NCBI GenBank assembly: GCA_036488085.1
Contig: DASXHZ010000058.1
Location: forward strand, 69,468 to 133,467
Length of the DNA: 64,000 bases
Direction of reading: 5' to 3'
DNA from: Thermoanaerobaculia bacterium
GTDB taxonomy: Bacteria > Acidobacteriota > Thermoanaerobaculia > Gp7-AA8
Shown in pieces: positions 39,587 through 49,629 of the stretch. Below the pieces are notes generated by a model that saw only the letters and a program-made list of their open reading frames with translations, was not told the DNA's origin and made no database searches. Each line of letters opens with the position of its first letter. Positions within the stretch are counted from its first letter, which is position 1. Made by a program: the position numbers and the translations under genes.

Positions 39587-40468
39587 CTAGAGATCGTCGA
39601 TCGACTTTGGCCAGTCCTCGTGCAGGAGGCGGGAGAGGGAACGGTCGGCGAGGAGCTTTCCGCCGGTCTGGCAGCGGGCGCAGTAGTTCGTCTCGTTCTC
39701 GGCGTAGACGATGTGTTGCACCGGCGTGCCGCAGGCGGGGCAGGGCTTTCCGTAGCGGCCGTGCACCGCCATCTCGGGGCGAAATGCCGTCACCTTCTCG
39801 GGGAACTTGTCGCCGGCGTCTTTGCGTAGGCGATCGATCCAGTCGCGGAGCGTGGACTGCGTCGCTTCGTAGAGGCGCGCGATCTCGCCCTCGTCGAGGT
39901 TCGTCGTCATCTGTACGGGCGAGAGACGAGCGCGATGGAGGATCTCGTCGGAGTACGCGTTGCCGATTCCGGCGAAGACGTGCGGGTCGGTGAGTGTCCG
40001 CTTGAGCGTGTGTCGCTCGCGCGTGAGCGCCGCCTTGAACTGATCGAGCGCGATATCCAACGGCTCGATGCCGCCGGCGTCGTGCTCGCGCACCGCCTCC
40101 CACCCTTGAACGATATGAATGGACGCGCGCCGTTTCGATCCTGCCTCGGTGAGCAGCAGCGTCCCGTCATCGAAGTCGAATGCCGCGAGGCCGAGTTTCG
40201 CCGGGATCTTGGCGTTCGGCGGCAGCCAGCGAAAACGGCCGGCGATCATGAGGTGGATGACGATGAAGAGATCGTCTTCCATGCCGAGGACGATTCGCTT
40301 TCCGACGCGGCGGACGGTGATGACTCGTTTCCCTGCGACGTCTCGCGGGGATGGATCGACGGTGCGCAGTACGAACGGATTGGCGAGCCGGACTTTAAGG
40401 AGCGTGTGACCGACGATTCGGCGCTCGATCGCTTCTATATAGACGGTCACGTCGGGAAGTTCCGGCAC
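39587..40468 (-). CDS. fpg: Formamidopyrimidine-DNA glycosylase (Fpg/Nei family)
   Basis: (M)PELPDV N-terminus (GTG start), H2TH region and C-terminal zinc finger CPACGTPV...CARCQ. Confidence 0.85.
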   Translation of the reverse strand: MPELPDVTVYIEAIERRIVGHTLLKVRLANPFVLRTVDPSPRDVAGKRVITVRRVGKRIVLGMEDDLFIVIHLMIAGRFRWLPPNAKIPAKLGLAAFDFDDGTLLLTEAGSKRRASIHIVQGWEAVREHDAGGIEPLDIALDQFKAALTRERHTLKRTLTDPHVFAGIGNAYSDEILHRARLSPVQMTTNLDEGEIARLYEATQSTLRDWIDRLRKDAGDKFPEKVTAFRPEMAVHGRYGKPCPACGTPVQHIVYAENETNYCARCQTGGKLLADRSLSRLLHEDWPKSIDDL

Positions 40469-40488
40469 AGTCTGGCCATTATCGACGG

Positions 40489-41071
40489 TGTGAAGACGCT
40501 TCTCACGCTCGCGGTCGGTTGGTGCCTCGGCGCACTCGTCGTGTTTGCGATGGACAAAATGAGTCCTCGGGCCTCAGTCCTCGGGCCTCGGATGACGTCA
40601 TCTGAGGTCCGAGGTCCGGGGTCCGAGGTCTCCGCGAATGGCCTGCTCATCCCGGTCGCCGGCGTGAACGCCCACCAGCTCACGGACACCTTCACGCAGG
40701 CGCGGAGCGGCGGGCGGTCGCACGACGCGATCGACATTCTCGCGCCGCGAGGAACACCGGTCGTCGCCGCGGTGGACGGGACGATCCGGAAGCTTTTCTT
40801 CTCTCGCGCGGGCGGCATCACCATCTACGAGTTCGACGCCTCGCAACGCCGCGTCTATTACTACGCGCACCTCGACCGTTATGCCGACGTGCGCGAGGGG
40901 ATGCCGGTCCGGCGCGGCCAGGTGATCGGCTATGTCGGAACCACCGGCAACGCCCCGGCGTCGACGCCTCATCTTCACTTCGCAATAGAGGACCTGCCTG
41001 CTACAAAAGAATGGTGGAAGGGAAGCGCGATCAATCCGTACCCGCTCTTGACGGCATCGAAGTTTCATTAG
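40489..41071 (+). CDS. M23 family metallopeptidase (LytM domain) with N-terminal membrane anchor
   Basis: [20 protein letters not shown] and HLHFAI motifs. GTG start gives [20 protein letters not shown]. Confidence 0.75.
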
Positions 41072-41085
41072 AATTCGCGCGCCCG

Positions 41086-43035
41086 ATGACAGAAACCTTA
41101 GCGATGCCCCCCCGGAGTCGGGAGAGTGCGCTGATTCCGATCCTCTCTGCCGACGACGTCCGCAGTGCCTCCGAGCGCGCCCTCGCGGACGCCCAACAGT
41201 GCATCGCCGAGATCGAGACGGTGCCGCTGGATGCCGTGACGCCGGAGAACATCCTCGATGCCTGGGACCGCGCCGCGATCGTCCTCGAGGACGCGTTTGG
41301 GCCGGTGTCGATCCTCAATAGCGTCGATCCCGACAAGGCCGTTCGCGACGCCGGCGACGACGCGCTCCTCGCCGAGTCGAGCTTCCTGACGGACCTCTTC
41401 CAGAACGAGCGCTTCTATGAACGCGTCCGCGCGGTTGCGCCGCGGACAAAAGCCCAGAAGCAGCTCCGGAAGGATCTGTTGGAGGCGTTCGAAGACAGCG
41501 GCGTCGCGCTTCCGCCGGAGAAACGCGACCGGTTCAAGGTGATCTCCGACCGGCTGACCGAGCTCGGACAGGAGTTCGCGAAGAACATCCGCGAGAACAC
41601 GACGCGTCTCACGTTCACCCCCGCCGAATGCGAGGGCCTGCCGCAAACGTGGCTCGACCGCGTACCGCGCGACGAGGGGGGGAACGTCGTCGTCGGATTC
41701 GACTATCCCGACTACGTGCCGTTCATGATGAGCGCGCGCGACGAAGAGGCGCGAAAGCGCTACTACGTCGGGAACACGAACCGCGGCACCGACGCGAACA
41801 TCAAGATCCTCGACGAGATCGTCGCGCTGCGGAAAGAGATCGCCGATCTCTACGACGTCCCGAGTTTTGCGCACTACGTGACGAAACGGCGGATGGTGGA
41901 GAATCCCGAGACGGTTCGCCGCTTTCTCGATGAAGTACGGAGCCGCGTCACGGAGGCGGAGATCCGCGACGTCGCGCAGCTCGCCGCGGTGAAGTCAGAG
42001 CTGTCTGGCATTCCGGTCGAGAACGCGTCCATCAACCGCTGGGATGTCAGTTTCTACCGCGAGCGCCTTCGCGAACAACGCTTCGCGATCGATCAGGAAG
42101 AGCTGCGAAAGTACTTCCCGACTGCGATCTCGATCGACTGGATGCTGGATGTGAGCGAGCGGCTGTACGGCATCCGCTTCGAGCGCAACGAAGTGCCGGT
42201 GTGGCACGAGTCGGTGATCTATCTCGACGTCCTCGACGCGTCCGACGGTTCGCATATCGGCGGCATCTACCTCGACCTCTATCCGCGCGACGGCAAGTAC
42301 AAGCACGCTGCGGCGTGGCCGGTGCGCGGCGTCAGCCTGCGATCGAACCGGCAGCCGATCAGCGTCCTCGTCACGAACCTCAGTTCGGTGGGGCTGACGC
42401 ATGACGAGATCGAGACGCTGCTGCACGAGTTCGGACACGTGCTGCATGGTGTGCTCTCGAAGACGGAATACCTGCAGCACTCGGGCACCAGCGTCGAGCG
42501 CGACTTCGTCGAGGCGCCGTCGCAGATGTACGAAGAGTGGGCGAGCCGGATGGAGAGCCTCACGTTGATACGCGAGCACTGCGGCGATTGCCCTGCGATC
42601 GAGCAGGAGCTCGTCGACCGTCTCGTCGCCGCCGCGAAGTTCGGCGCCGGCATCGACTACGGGCGGCAGCTCCTCTACGCGTCGTTCGATATGGAGCTGT
42701 CGAGCGAGAACCCGGGCGAGTGCATCGAAGTGTGGAAGCGGATGGAAGGCGCGACGCCCCTCGGCTACGTCGAAGGGACCGCGTTCCCCGCAACGTTCGA
42801 GCACATCGCGAGCGGCTACGCCGCCGGGTATTACGGCTATATGTGGGCAAAGGTGATCGCGCTCGACATGGTTTCCGCGTTCGGCGCGGACCTGATGAAT
42901 GGCGAGACGGGCCGCCGCTTCCGCGAGCTGATCCTCTCCCGCGGTTCCGAGGAGCCGGCGCGAGAGCTCGTCGAAAAGTTCCTCGGGCGGCCCGTGTCGA
43001 GCGACGCCTTCTTCGCTCGCATTCAGGGCGAATAG
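41086..43035 (+). CDS. M3 family zinc metallopeptidase (oligopeptidase A / Dcp-like)
   Basis: HEFGHVLH zinc site plus downstream E. ~650 aa. Confidence 0.85.
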   Translation: MTETLAMPPRSRESALIPILSADDVRSASERALADAQQCIAEIETVPLDAVTPENILDAWDRAAIVLEDAFGPVSILNSVDPDKAVRDAGDDALLAESSFLTDLFQNERFYERVRAVAPRTKAQKQLRKDLLEAFEDSGVALPPEKRDRFKVISDRLTELGQEFAKNIRENTTRLTFTPAECEGLPQTWLDRVPRDEGGNVVVGFDYPDYVPFMMSARDEEARKRYYVGNTNRGTDANIKILDEIVALRKEIADLYDVPSFAHYVTKRRMVENPETVRRFLDEVRSRVTEAEIRDVAQLAAVKSELSGIPVENASINRWDVSFYRERLREQRFAIDQEELRKYFPTAISIDWMLDVSERLYGIRFERNEVPVWHESVIYLDVLDASDGSHIGGIYLDLYPRDGKYKHAAAWPVRGVSLRSNRQPISVLVTNLSSVGLTHDEIETLLHEFGHVLHGVLSKTEYLQHSGTSVERDFVEAPSQMYEEWASRMESLTLIREHCGDCPAIEQELVDRLVAAAKFGAGIDYGRQLLYASFDMELSSENPGECIEVWKRMEGATPLGYVEGTAFPATFEHIASGYAAGYYGYMWAKVIALDMVSAFGADLMNGETGRRFRELILSRGSEEPARELVEKFLGRPVSSDAFFARIQGE

Positions 43036-43051
43036 GCGACAATCCGCTCAC

Positions 43052-44002
43052 TTGCGGTTCTACGAAGTCGTCGCAGCGGTCTTCTGCATTTGCGGAGTCG
43101 TGCTCCTCGAGCGGATGCCGGTGACGTATCCGCGGAGCGCGTTGCTGGTGACGTATGCGTCACCGATCACGGTCATCTTCGGCATCTCCGTCGCGGTCGC
43201 GGCGATCCGACGGCGCAACCGCGCGCTTCTCGTCAAAGACGCCAAGGAGATCGCGCGCTGCTGCCTGACGCTTGCACTCGTCTTCGCCGTCTCGTTCCTG
43301 CTGAAGTCCTTCATCTACCTGATCAATCCGCACGTCTACGACCGGCAGCTCTTCGCCCTCGACCGCGCCGTCCATTTCGGCTACTCGCCGACGCTCTTTT
43401 TCGTGGCGCTCTTCAACCAGCCGCGATTTCTGACGTTCATGGACGTCTATTACACGGTCGTCGACTACATGCTGTTCGTCTTCGGCACGTCGACGATCTT
43501 CGCGCTGCTCGACTCGCGGCGGCGGGTGCAGTTCGGCGGCGCGTTCGTGTTCATGTGGATCACGGCGACCGTCTGCTACCTCGCGACGCCGTCGTGGGGA
43601 CCGGCATTCAGCGCCACGTCACTCGTCGAGCCGGCGCTCCGGCACATGCCGAGAACCGTCTGGCTGCAGTCGCGCCTTTACGGGGAGCTGTCGTCGCTGA
43701 TCCGCGCGCCGCTTGGGCCGCGCGTGGCGTATTTCGGCGGCGTGGCGGCATTTCCGAGCCTCCACGTCGCCTACATCGCGCTTCTCGCCATCGCCGCCCG
43801 TCACGTCGCGCGTTTCGGTTTCGCGATCGCGATCATCGCCGTCGTGCTGATGCAGGTCGGCTCGGTGATTACCGGCTATCACTTCATGATCGACGGTTAC
43901 GGCGGGATCCTGATCGCGGCCGGCTCGTGGTGGCTCGCTCGCGCTACCGAAGCTACTTCACTTCCACCTCGGCGCTCCCGACCGCAACCGCTCGAATCGT
44001 GA
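43052..44002 (+). CDS. PAP2-superfamily integral membrane protein (PAP2_C-like)
   Basis: Six TM helices. FPSLHVAY and a later H/D motif resemble sphingomyelin-synthase-like PAP2_C. Confidence 0.45.
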   Translation: MRFYEVVAAVFCICGVVLLERMPVTYPRSALLVTYASPITVIFGISVAVAAIRRRNRALLVKDAKEIARCCLTLALVFAVSFLLKSFIYLINPHVYDRQLFALDRAVHFGYSPTLFFVALFNQPRFLTFMDVYYTVVDYMLFVFGTSTIFALLDSRRRVQFGGAFVFMWITATVCYLATPSWGPAFSATSLVEPALRHMPRTVWLQSRLYGELSSLIRAPLGPRVAYFGGVAAFPSLHVAYIALLAIAARHVARFGFAIAIIAVVLMQVGSVITGYHFMIDGYGGILIAAGSWWLARATEATSLPPRRSRPQPLES

Positions 44003-45344
44003 AGCCTTCCGGCCTGACGGTCACCGCGGCCGGCTGAATCGAGTCGACGTGCCCGTGGAGCACGACGTTCGACGCCAGCTTCCGCGTCATACCGCGCTCG
44101 ATCTCCTTCTTCATCGTCGCGATGCTCTCGCCGACCGGCCAGCGAGCGCCGGCGCGGAGTTGCGTGCGGACGTTGTCGTGCGCCATGCGATTCGCGGCGC
44201 GGAGAAATGGGTTGTGCCGTTTCGGATCGAGCGAGTAGTCGACGTCACTCAAGACGACGTTTCCGGTCGCGGCATCGAATGACGGGACACCTTCCAGGTA
44301 GACCAGGCCGTTGTAGTGCTTCAGTCCTCCGCCGCGGTAGTCGATCGAGGCCTCGATGTTCGTCTTTCCGCCGGTTCCGGCGGAGAGGCGGATCGAGTCG
44401 ATGGTCAGCGTTGCGCCGCCGCCGAGGCTGTACTTCTGCTTTCCGAATTGCTCGTTGATGAGACGCGAAGCCTCGGCGTAGGGAAGATCGACGTCGAACG
44501 GAACGCGGACGCCGCTATCGGTGCCGGCGGCAACGCGCAGGGGCGGTAGCGGCTTCTGCGCGATGACCGGCTTCGCGCCGACGATCACACGTGTCCTCGC
44601 ACGCAGCTCGATCGCGCTCGCGATGTTGACGCCGGAACCGTGGATCGGAACGAGCGAGACGTCGGCCGGTTCGAGCACGAGCCACGTATTCGTCGCGATC
44701 GAGTACGGCTGCTGCAGCGACGTCCACACCTGCTGCGCATCGGACTTCATCGACGCGAGGCGCGGCGTCTGGGAGTCGATCATCTTCGCGGCGGTGGTGA
44801 GCTGCTCCTCGAGGATCGGCCGGAGAATGCGGTCGGTGACGTCGACGCCGAGGAATGTGCAGCGGCGGCCGAAGTCGAGGGGCTGGATTGCGGTGCGGGA
44901 GCGGAGCGTCCACGCTTCGCCCCAGTCGAGCCGCGACTGCACGGAGATCGTCATGTCGCGCATCGGCTCGCCGAAGCCGCAGGAGACGCAGGCATTGCGG
45001 ATCGAACCGTTGACGTAAGGGCAAGCCTCGAGCGCGTAGCGGACCTTCGCGGACGCGTGCAGCCCGGCGCCAATCATGTTCACGCTCACCGGCTCGCGCG
45101 CTACCTGGTACTTGAACGCCAAGTGGCGCGGTGCGTCGATCTGATACGACGGCGACTGGAGCGTTCTCGGGATCTGCTTTTCGAGGTCCGGCAACAGCGG
45201 AGCGAGTGACGCGTGGATCGGGATGACGATCGTGGAGAGCTCGGGCGGCGGGGGAGGGGCCTGCGCGGGCACGGCCGTCGCCTGCGGCTCCGGAGGCGCG
45301 GCGCAGGCCGCAAGCAGGAGTGTCGTGATGACGAGAGTTTTCAT
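43953..45344 (-). CDS. Lipoprotein of unknown function (DUF4403-like)
   Basis: MKTLVITTLLLAACAAP lipobox. ~460-aa mature protein with no recognisable catalytic motif. Confidence 0.45.
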   Translation of the reverse strand: MKTLVITTLLLAACAAPPEPQATAVPAQAPPPPPELSTIVIPIHASLAPLLPDLEKQIPRTLQSPSYQIDAPRHLAFKYQVAREPVSVNMIGAGLHASAKVRYALEACPYVNGSIRNACVSCGFGEPMRDMTISVQSRLDWGEAWTLRSRTAIQPLDFGRRCTFLGVDVTDRILRPILEEQLTTAAKMIDSQTPRLASMKSDAQQVWTSLQQPYSIATNTWLVLEPADVSLVPIHGSGVNIASAIELRARTRVIVGAKPVIAQKPLPPLRVAAGTDSGVRVPFDVDLPYAEASRLINEQFGKQKYSLGGGATLTIDSIRLSAGTGGKTNIEASIDYRGGGLKHYNGLVYLEGVPSFDAATGNVVLSDVDYSLDPKRHNPFLRAANRMAHDNVRTQLRAGARWPVGESIATMKKEIERGMTRKLASNVVLHGHVDSIQPAAVTVRPEGFTIRAVAVGSAEVEVK

Positions 45345-45357
45345 ATGCTTGTCGCCG

Positions 45358-46338
45358 ATGAAGTATCTCAATCTCGGCAATAGCGGCCTCAAAGTCTCCC
45401 GCCTCTGCCTCGGCACGATGACCTACGGGTCGAAGCAGTGGCGTCCGTGGATCCTCGACGAGGCCGAGGCACGGCCCTTCTTCAAGCGTGCCATCGAAGG
45501 AGGCATCAACTTCTTCGATACCGCGGACATGTACTCCAACGGCGTGAGCGAGGAAGTCACGGGACGTGCGCTACACGAGCTCGCGCCGCGCGACGAGGTC
45601 GTCATCGCGACGAAGGTCTTCTTCCCGCACAACGACAAGCCGAACATGGGCGGCCTGTCGCGGAAGCACATCTTCTCGGCGATCGATCTCTCGCTCGGCC
45701 GTCTCGGCGTCGACTACGTCGACCTCTATCAGATCCATCGCTTCGACTACCAGACGCCGATCGAGGAGACGATTGACGCGCTGGACGACGTCGTGCGCTC
45801 TGGGAAGGCGCGATACATCGGAGCGTCGAGCATGTATGCGTGGCAGTTCGCGAAGATGCTGCACACGCAGGAGGAGCGTAGCCGCACGCGTTTCGTTTCC
45901 ATGCAGCCGCACTACAACCTGATCTACCGCGAGGAGGAGCGGGAGATGATCCCGCTTTGCATCGACGAAGGGATCGGCGTGATCCCGTGGAGCCCGCTCG
46001 CGCGCGGATTCCTCGCGGGCAACCGCAAGCGGGACGGCAGCGGGGAGACGGCGCGGTCGAAGTCGGACGACTACGCGCAGCAGATGTACGACTCGCCTGC
46101 CGACTTCGACGTGGTGGACCGGATTGGCGAGGTCGCGAAGGAGCGCGGCGTCAACAACGTCCAGATCGCACTCGCCTGGATGCTCCACAAACCGGGCATT
46201 ACCGCTCCGATCATAGGAGCCTCGAAGTCGCACCATCTCGACGACGCCCTCGCCGCGCTCGACGTCACCCTATCCGAGGATGAGATCAGGCGCCTCGAGG
46301 AACCGTATGTCCCGCATCGCGTGCTCGGACACCGGTAA
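45358..46338 (+). CDS. Aldo/keto reductase family oxidoreductase
   Basis: MKYLNLGNSGLKVSRLCLGTMTYG, FDTADMY and IGASSM blocks. Confidence 0.85.
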   Translation: MKYLNLGNSGLKVSRLCLGTMTYGSKQWRPWILDEAEARPFFKRAIEGGINFFDTADMYSNGVSEEVTGRALHELAPRDEVVIATKVFFPHNDKPNMGGLSRKHIFSAIDLSLGRLGVDYVDLYQIHRFDYQTPIEETIDALDDVVRSGKARYIGASSMYAWQFAKMLHTQEERSRTRFVSMQPHYNLIYREEEREMIPLCIDEGIGVIPWSPLARGFLAGNRKRDGSGETARSKSDDYAQQMYDSPADFDVVDRIGEVAKERGVNNVQIALAWMLHKPGITAPIIGASKSHHLDDALAALDVTLSEDEIRRLEEPYVPHRVLGHR

Positions 46339-46347
46339 GATACTCTC

Positions 46348-46734
46348 GTGAGCGACACCACGACCGCGGGTATCCGGGTAGAGGTCGATAGCGCGTACGT
46401 CCCGGAGCGGAGCGAGCCGACCGAGAGTTACTTTTTCTTCGCCTACCACGTCCGAATCAGTAACGTGGGGACGGAGACGGCGCAGCTCCTCAGCCGCGAG
46501 TGGACGATCACTGACTCGGATGGCAACAGCGAGCGGGTGAGCGGACCTGGTGTCGTCGGCGAGCAGCCGACCCTCCGCCCCGGCGAAGTCTTTGAGTACA
46601 CGAGCTTTTGTCCCCTTCGGACGAACGTCGGGATGATGCAGGGCGCCTACACGATGAAACAGTTTCCCGGTGGAGAAACCTTCGAAGCGCGGATTGATCC
46701 GTTCACTTTGGCTGTTCCGGGGACTGTCAACTAA
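46348..46734 (+). CDS. apaG: ApaG domain protein
   Basis: YFFFAYHVRISN...REWTITDSDG...GVVGEQPTLRPGEVFEYTS match over the whole 128 aa. Confidence 0.8.
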   Translation: MSDTTTAGIRVEVDSAYVPERSEPTESYFFFAYHVRISNVGTETAQLLSREWTITDSDGNSERVSGPGVVGEQPTLRPGEVFEYTSFCPLRTNVGMMQGAYTMKQFPGGETFEARIDPFTLAVPGTVN

Positions 46735-48353
46735 TGCGCCGGCTCCGCTTCCTTCCCGCGTTTTTCACGGTTCTGATCGCCACGTTCGCGTTCGCGGTGG
46801 TGTGGAAGGTCCGTACGCAGTCGACGGCCACGACGCGGATCAACGCCGAGGATGAGCGGACTTCGTCGTCGCTCAGTGGGACGCAAGGGTCTTCGGCGGC
46901 GCGGGTTGCGACGGACAGCGACGCCGCCGTAGCCGCCCCATTGAACACCGTGGACGCAGTCACTGCCACGCAGGCGGCGACGACTTCGCGGATCTCGGCG
47001 GAGCGGGACGCGCGGTATCGCGAGCTCCTGAATACGCCTCCCTCGGGCCCCAAGGCCGCCGCGAAAGTCCTTCCAACCAACGCCTCAGCGTCGGCGCCTA
47101 TCAAGGCACCCCCGAAGCCGTCGCTCTTCGCTCGCGTGGTCGCACCGATCGTGAACGCGTTCTCCGGCGGCGGAGGGGCGCAACGTCCGCCGGTTCCGAG
47201 CACACAGCAGCCGCTGAAGAACAACAATTCGGCCAGCACCTCCACCGACGCGACGAACCAGAAGTCCGATCCCAAAGACCCGAACTCCGACGTTACGGCG
47301 CCACAGCTCGCCGGCGTCGAATTCGCTCCGAACTCGATCCAGGACGGCGAGGAAACGCTCCTGGCGATCACGGCGACGGACGACATCAGCGGCGTTCGGA
47401 CGATCTCCGGCAACATCGTGTCGCCGAGCGGAGCGCTTCAGGGGTTCGCCCTTCAGCGCGAAGGCGAAGGCTCGAATCGCTTCCTCTCGAAGGTCCTCGT
47501 ACCGAAAGACGCGGCCTCCGGTTCGTGGCACATCAACTATTTGAATCTGACCGACAACGCCAGCAACAGCGTCACGCTGAGCTGGCAGCAGGGGGCCATC
47601 CCGCAGACGGCCTCTTTCACGGTCACCTCGTCTCGCAGCGACACGACGCCGCCGACTCTCAAGGCGGTGTGGCTCGATAAGCCGTCGATGAAAATCGGCG
47701 ACAAGAACGTCGTCATGGTCCAGGCGGATGACGACAAGTCGGGCGTGAACCAGGTCAGCGGCGTGTTCCTCAGCCCCTCCGGCTTCGCGCGCGTCGGCTT
47801 CGGCTGCCGCAACCAGGACGGGACGAACATGTGGCAGTGCGACCTGACGCCGCCGGGGAACGCCGACTGCGGCGACTGGAAGCTCGAACAGGTGCAGCTC
47901 CAGGACAAGGCGAACAACATGACGGCGATCCGGACCGACAACCCGATCGTCGCCGCCGTCCGCCTCAGCATCACGAGCGACATGTGCGACAACAAACAGC
48001 CGGTCGTTCAGAGCGTCAGGCTCGACACGAATGCCGTCGGCATCCCCGGAACCATCAACGTGACGATTCTCGCCACGGACGAGGGCTCCGGCATCTCGAG
48101 TATCAGTGGACAGTTCAACTACGTCGACAAGGTCTCGCCGGGAACGCAGCCGCCGCGCTTCTTCTTCTCATGCCGCCCCGCCGGCGATCCGTCGCAGAAC
48201 ATGTGGACCGGCCCGATCGCGATCACCGACAAGAATCAGGCGCGCGGGACCTATCGCCTCGGGTCACTCCAGGTGATCGACAAGGCGAACAACGTGAAGC
48301 TCTACGCGCCGACCGACCCAGTGATCGCGAACATCGCGTTCAGAGTCCAGTAG
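46734..48353 (+). CDS. Membrane-anchored protein with low-complexity linker and three tandem ~110-aa Ig-like repeat domains
   Basis: N-terminal TM, Ala/Ser/Thr/Pro linker, then three repeats beginning D(D/E)xSG(V/I)...SG.F.SPSG. Start overlaps the apaG stop (TAATG). Confidence 0.55.
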   Translation: MRRLRFLPAFFTVLIATFAFAVVWKVRTQSTATTRINAEDERTSSSLSGTQGSSAARVATDSDAAVAAPLNTVDAVTATQAATTSRISAERDARYRELLNTPPSGPKAAAKVLPTNASASAPIKAPPKPSLFARVVAPIVNAFSGGGGAQRPPVPSTQQPLKNNNSASTSTDATNQKSDPKDPNSDVTAPQLAGVEFAPNSIQDGEETLLAITATDDISGVRTISGNIVSPSGALQGFALQREGEGSNRFLSKVLVPKDAASGSWHINYLNLTDNASNSVTLSWQQGAIPQTASFTVTSSRSDTTPPTLKAVWLDKPSMKIGDKNVVMVQADDDKSGVNQVSGVFLSPSGFARVGFGCRNQDGTNMWQCDLTPPGNADCGDWKLEQVQLQDKANNMTAIRTDNPIVAAVRLSITSDMCDNKQPVVQSVRLDTNAVGIPGTINVTILATDEGSGISSISGQFNYVDKVSPGTQPPRFFFSCRPAGDPSQNMWTGPIAITDKNQARGTYRLGSLQVIDKANNVKLYAPTDPVIANIAFRVQ

Positions 48354-48369
48354 ACCGATAGTCCCTAGC

Positions 48370-49044
48370 TCACGACCACGTTTTCGACAACCGTGCGCGC
48401 GGCATATCGGGGACGGCGCAGCCCTCAACGTCGGCGTAGTGGGAGATGTCGTTGAAGAGTGTCAGGCGCGCGTGGGCCACGTCCTTGAAGTCGAGCACGT
48501 TGAGCGCCGCGGGACTTTGGTCGAGCCGGTCGCGGTAGCGCCGCGGATCGAACCCCAGGAGCGACGACAGGAGCAAGCGGATCGTCGCCTTGTGGGAGAC
48601 GACCACGAAGCGGTCTCCATCATGACGCTGTACGAGGTCGAGCAACGCCGGCAGAGCGCGTGCGGTGACCCGCAGGCCGCTTTCGCCGTCCCGCGGTGCG
48701 AAGGTGTACGGGTCCTCCTCCCACTTGGCGTACTCGTCGGCGAATTCGTGCTCCACCTCGGCGCGCGTCTTTCCCTCCCACCGGCCGTGGGCGATCTCCC
48801 GCACCGCGGCCACCGTCGCGACGTCGAGGCCGAGCGGCTCCGCGAGCAGGTGAGCTGTCTCGACGGTTCGTTTGAGCGGACTGGCGTACACGGCCGCGAC
48901 CTTTTCGTGCGCGAGCCGATGCCCGAGCATCCGCGCCTGCTCGCGGCCGGTATCAGAGAGGAGAACATCGACCGCCCCGGCAAAGCGATCCTCGGCGGAG
49001 AGCTCGGTGGAACCGTGGCGCACGAGGAAGACACGAGTCGTCAT
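48370..49044 (-). CDS. Histidine phosphatase family protein (phosphoglycerate mutase-like)
   Basis: VFLVRHGSTE (RHG motif) and conserved downstream H. Confidence 0.8.
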   Translation of the reverse strand: MTTRVFLVRHGSTELSAEDRFAGAVDVLLSDTGREQARMLGHRLAHEKVAAVYASPLKRTVETAHLLAEPLGLDVATVAAVREIAHGRWEGKTRAEVEHEFADEYAKWEEDPYTFAPRDGESGLRVTARALPALLDLVQRHDGDRFVVVSHKATIRLLLSSLLGFDPRRYRDRLDQSPAALNVLDFKDVAHARLTLFNDISHYADVEGCAVPDMPRARLSKTWS

Positions 49045-49393
49045 GCGGGGAGTTTAAGTGGAAAAAGAAAGAGGCTCGCGGTTCCTGGTTCCGCGAGCCC
49101 AGCCTCGGTCCGTTGACAGCCACCAGAAGGCATTCGAACCGACATCTGTCTCGACGAGCCTTAGCCTCTCGAGACTCATGCGAACCGTTGAACATCCGCC
49201 AAGGGGCATTCGGTTCGCCCGCTCCGGCATCCTCGCATCCCGGCGCGACCCTTCAGTCCGTTGACACCCACGAGGAGGATCCAAACTGAAGGTAAACGTC
49301 AATATGGGCTCGCATTTTTCATCGCGCAAGGGGGTCGAGAAAATATTTTCGGGTGCGATGACGAGCCGGGTTTTGGCGTCGTCATGTGTCATC

Positions 49394-49509
49394 CGTGACT
49401 CGTGATTCGTGACTCGTTATTCGAAGGACGGTCCCTGAGATGACGGATAACGGATAACGGATAACGGCCGTCCATGACGCCGAATAACGAGTCACGAATC
49501 ACGAGTCAC
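49394..49509. repeat. 116-bp palindromic element. Perfect 30-bp arms made of CGTGAYT heptamers flank an inner GGACGG/CCGTCC stem and (ATAACGG)x3
   Basis: Read directly. It shares the GGATAAC/GTTATCC heptamer with the element at 10776-10866. Confidence 0.85.
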
Positions 49510-49629
49510 GACATCGGAACAACTCCCGTACACCCGCTGTTGCCCTGTATCCAATACCGCGAGTAACATACGCGGTCCCACCGTCCTCGTGGACCGAGTG
49601 ACAATCTCTGAAAGGTAATAACGACCCAC

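Noticed and set aside
49125-49145. GGTTCGAATGCC (minus strand), a T-loop-like motif suggesting a tRNA
   Set aside because: There is no flanking acceptor, D or anticodon stem complementarity. The motif is part of the local direct and inverted repeats.
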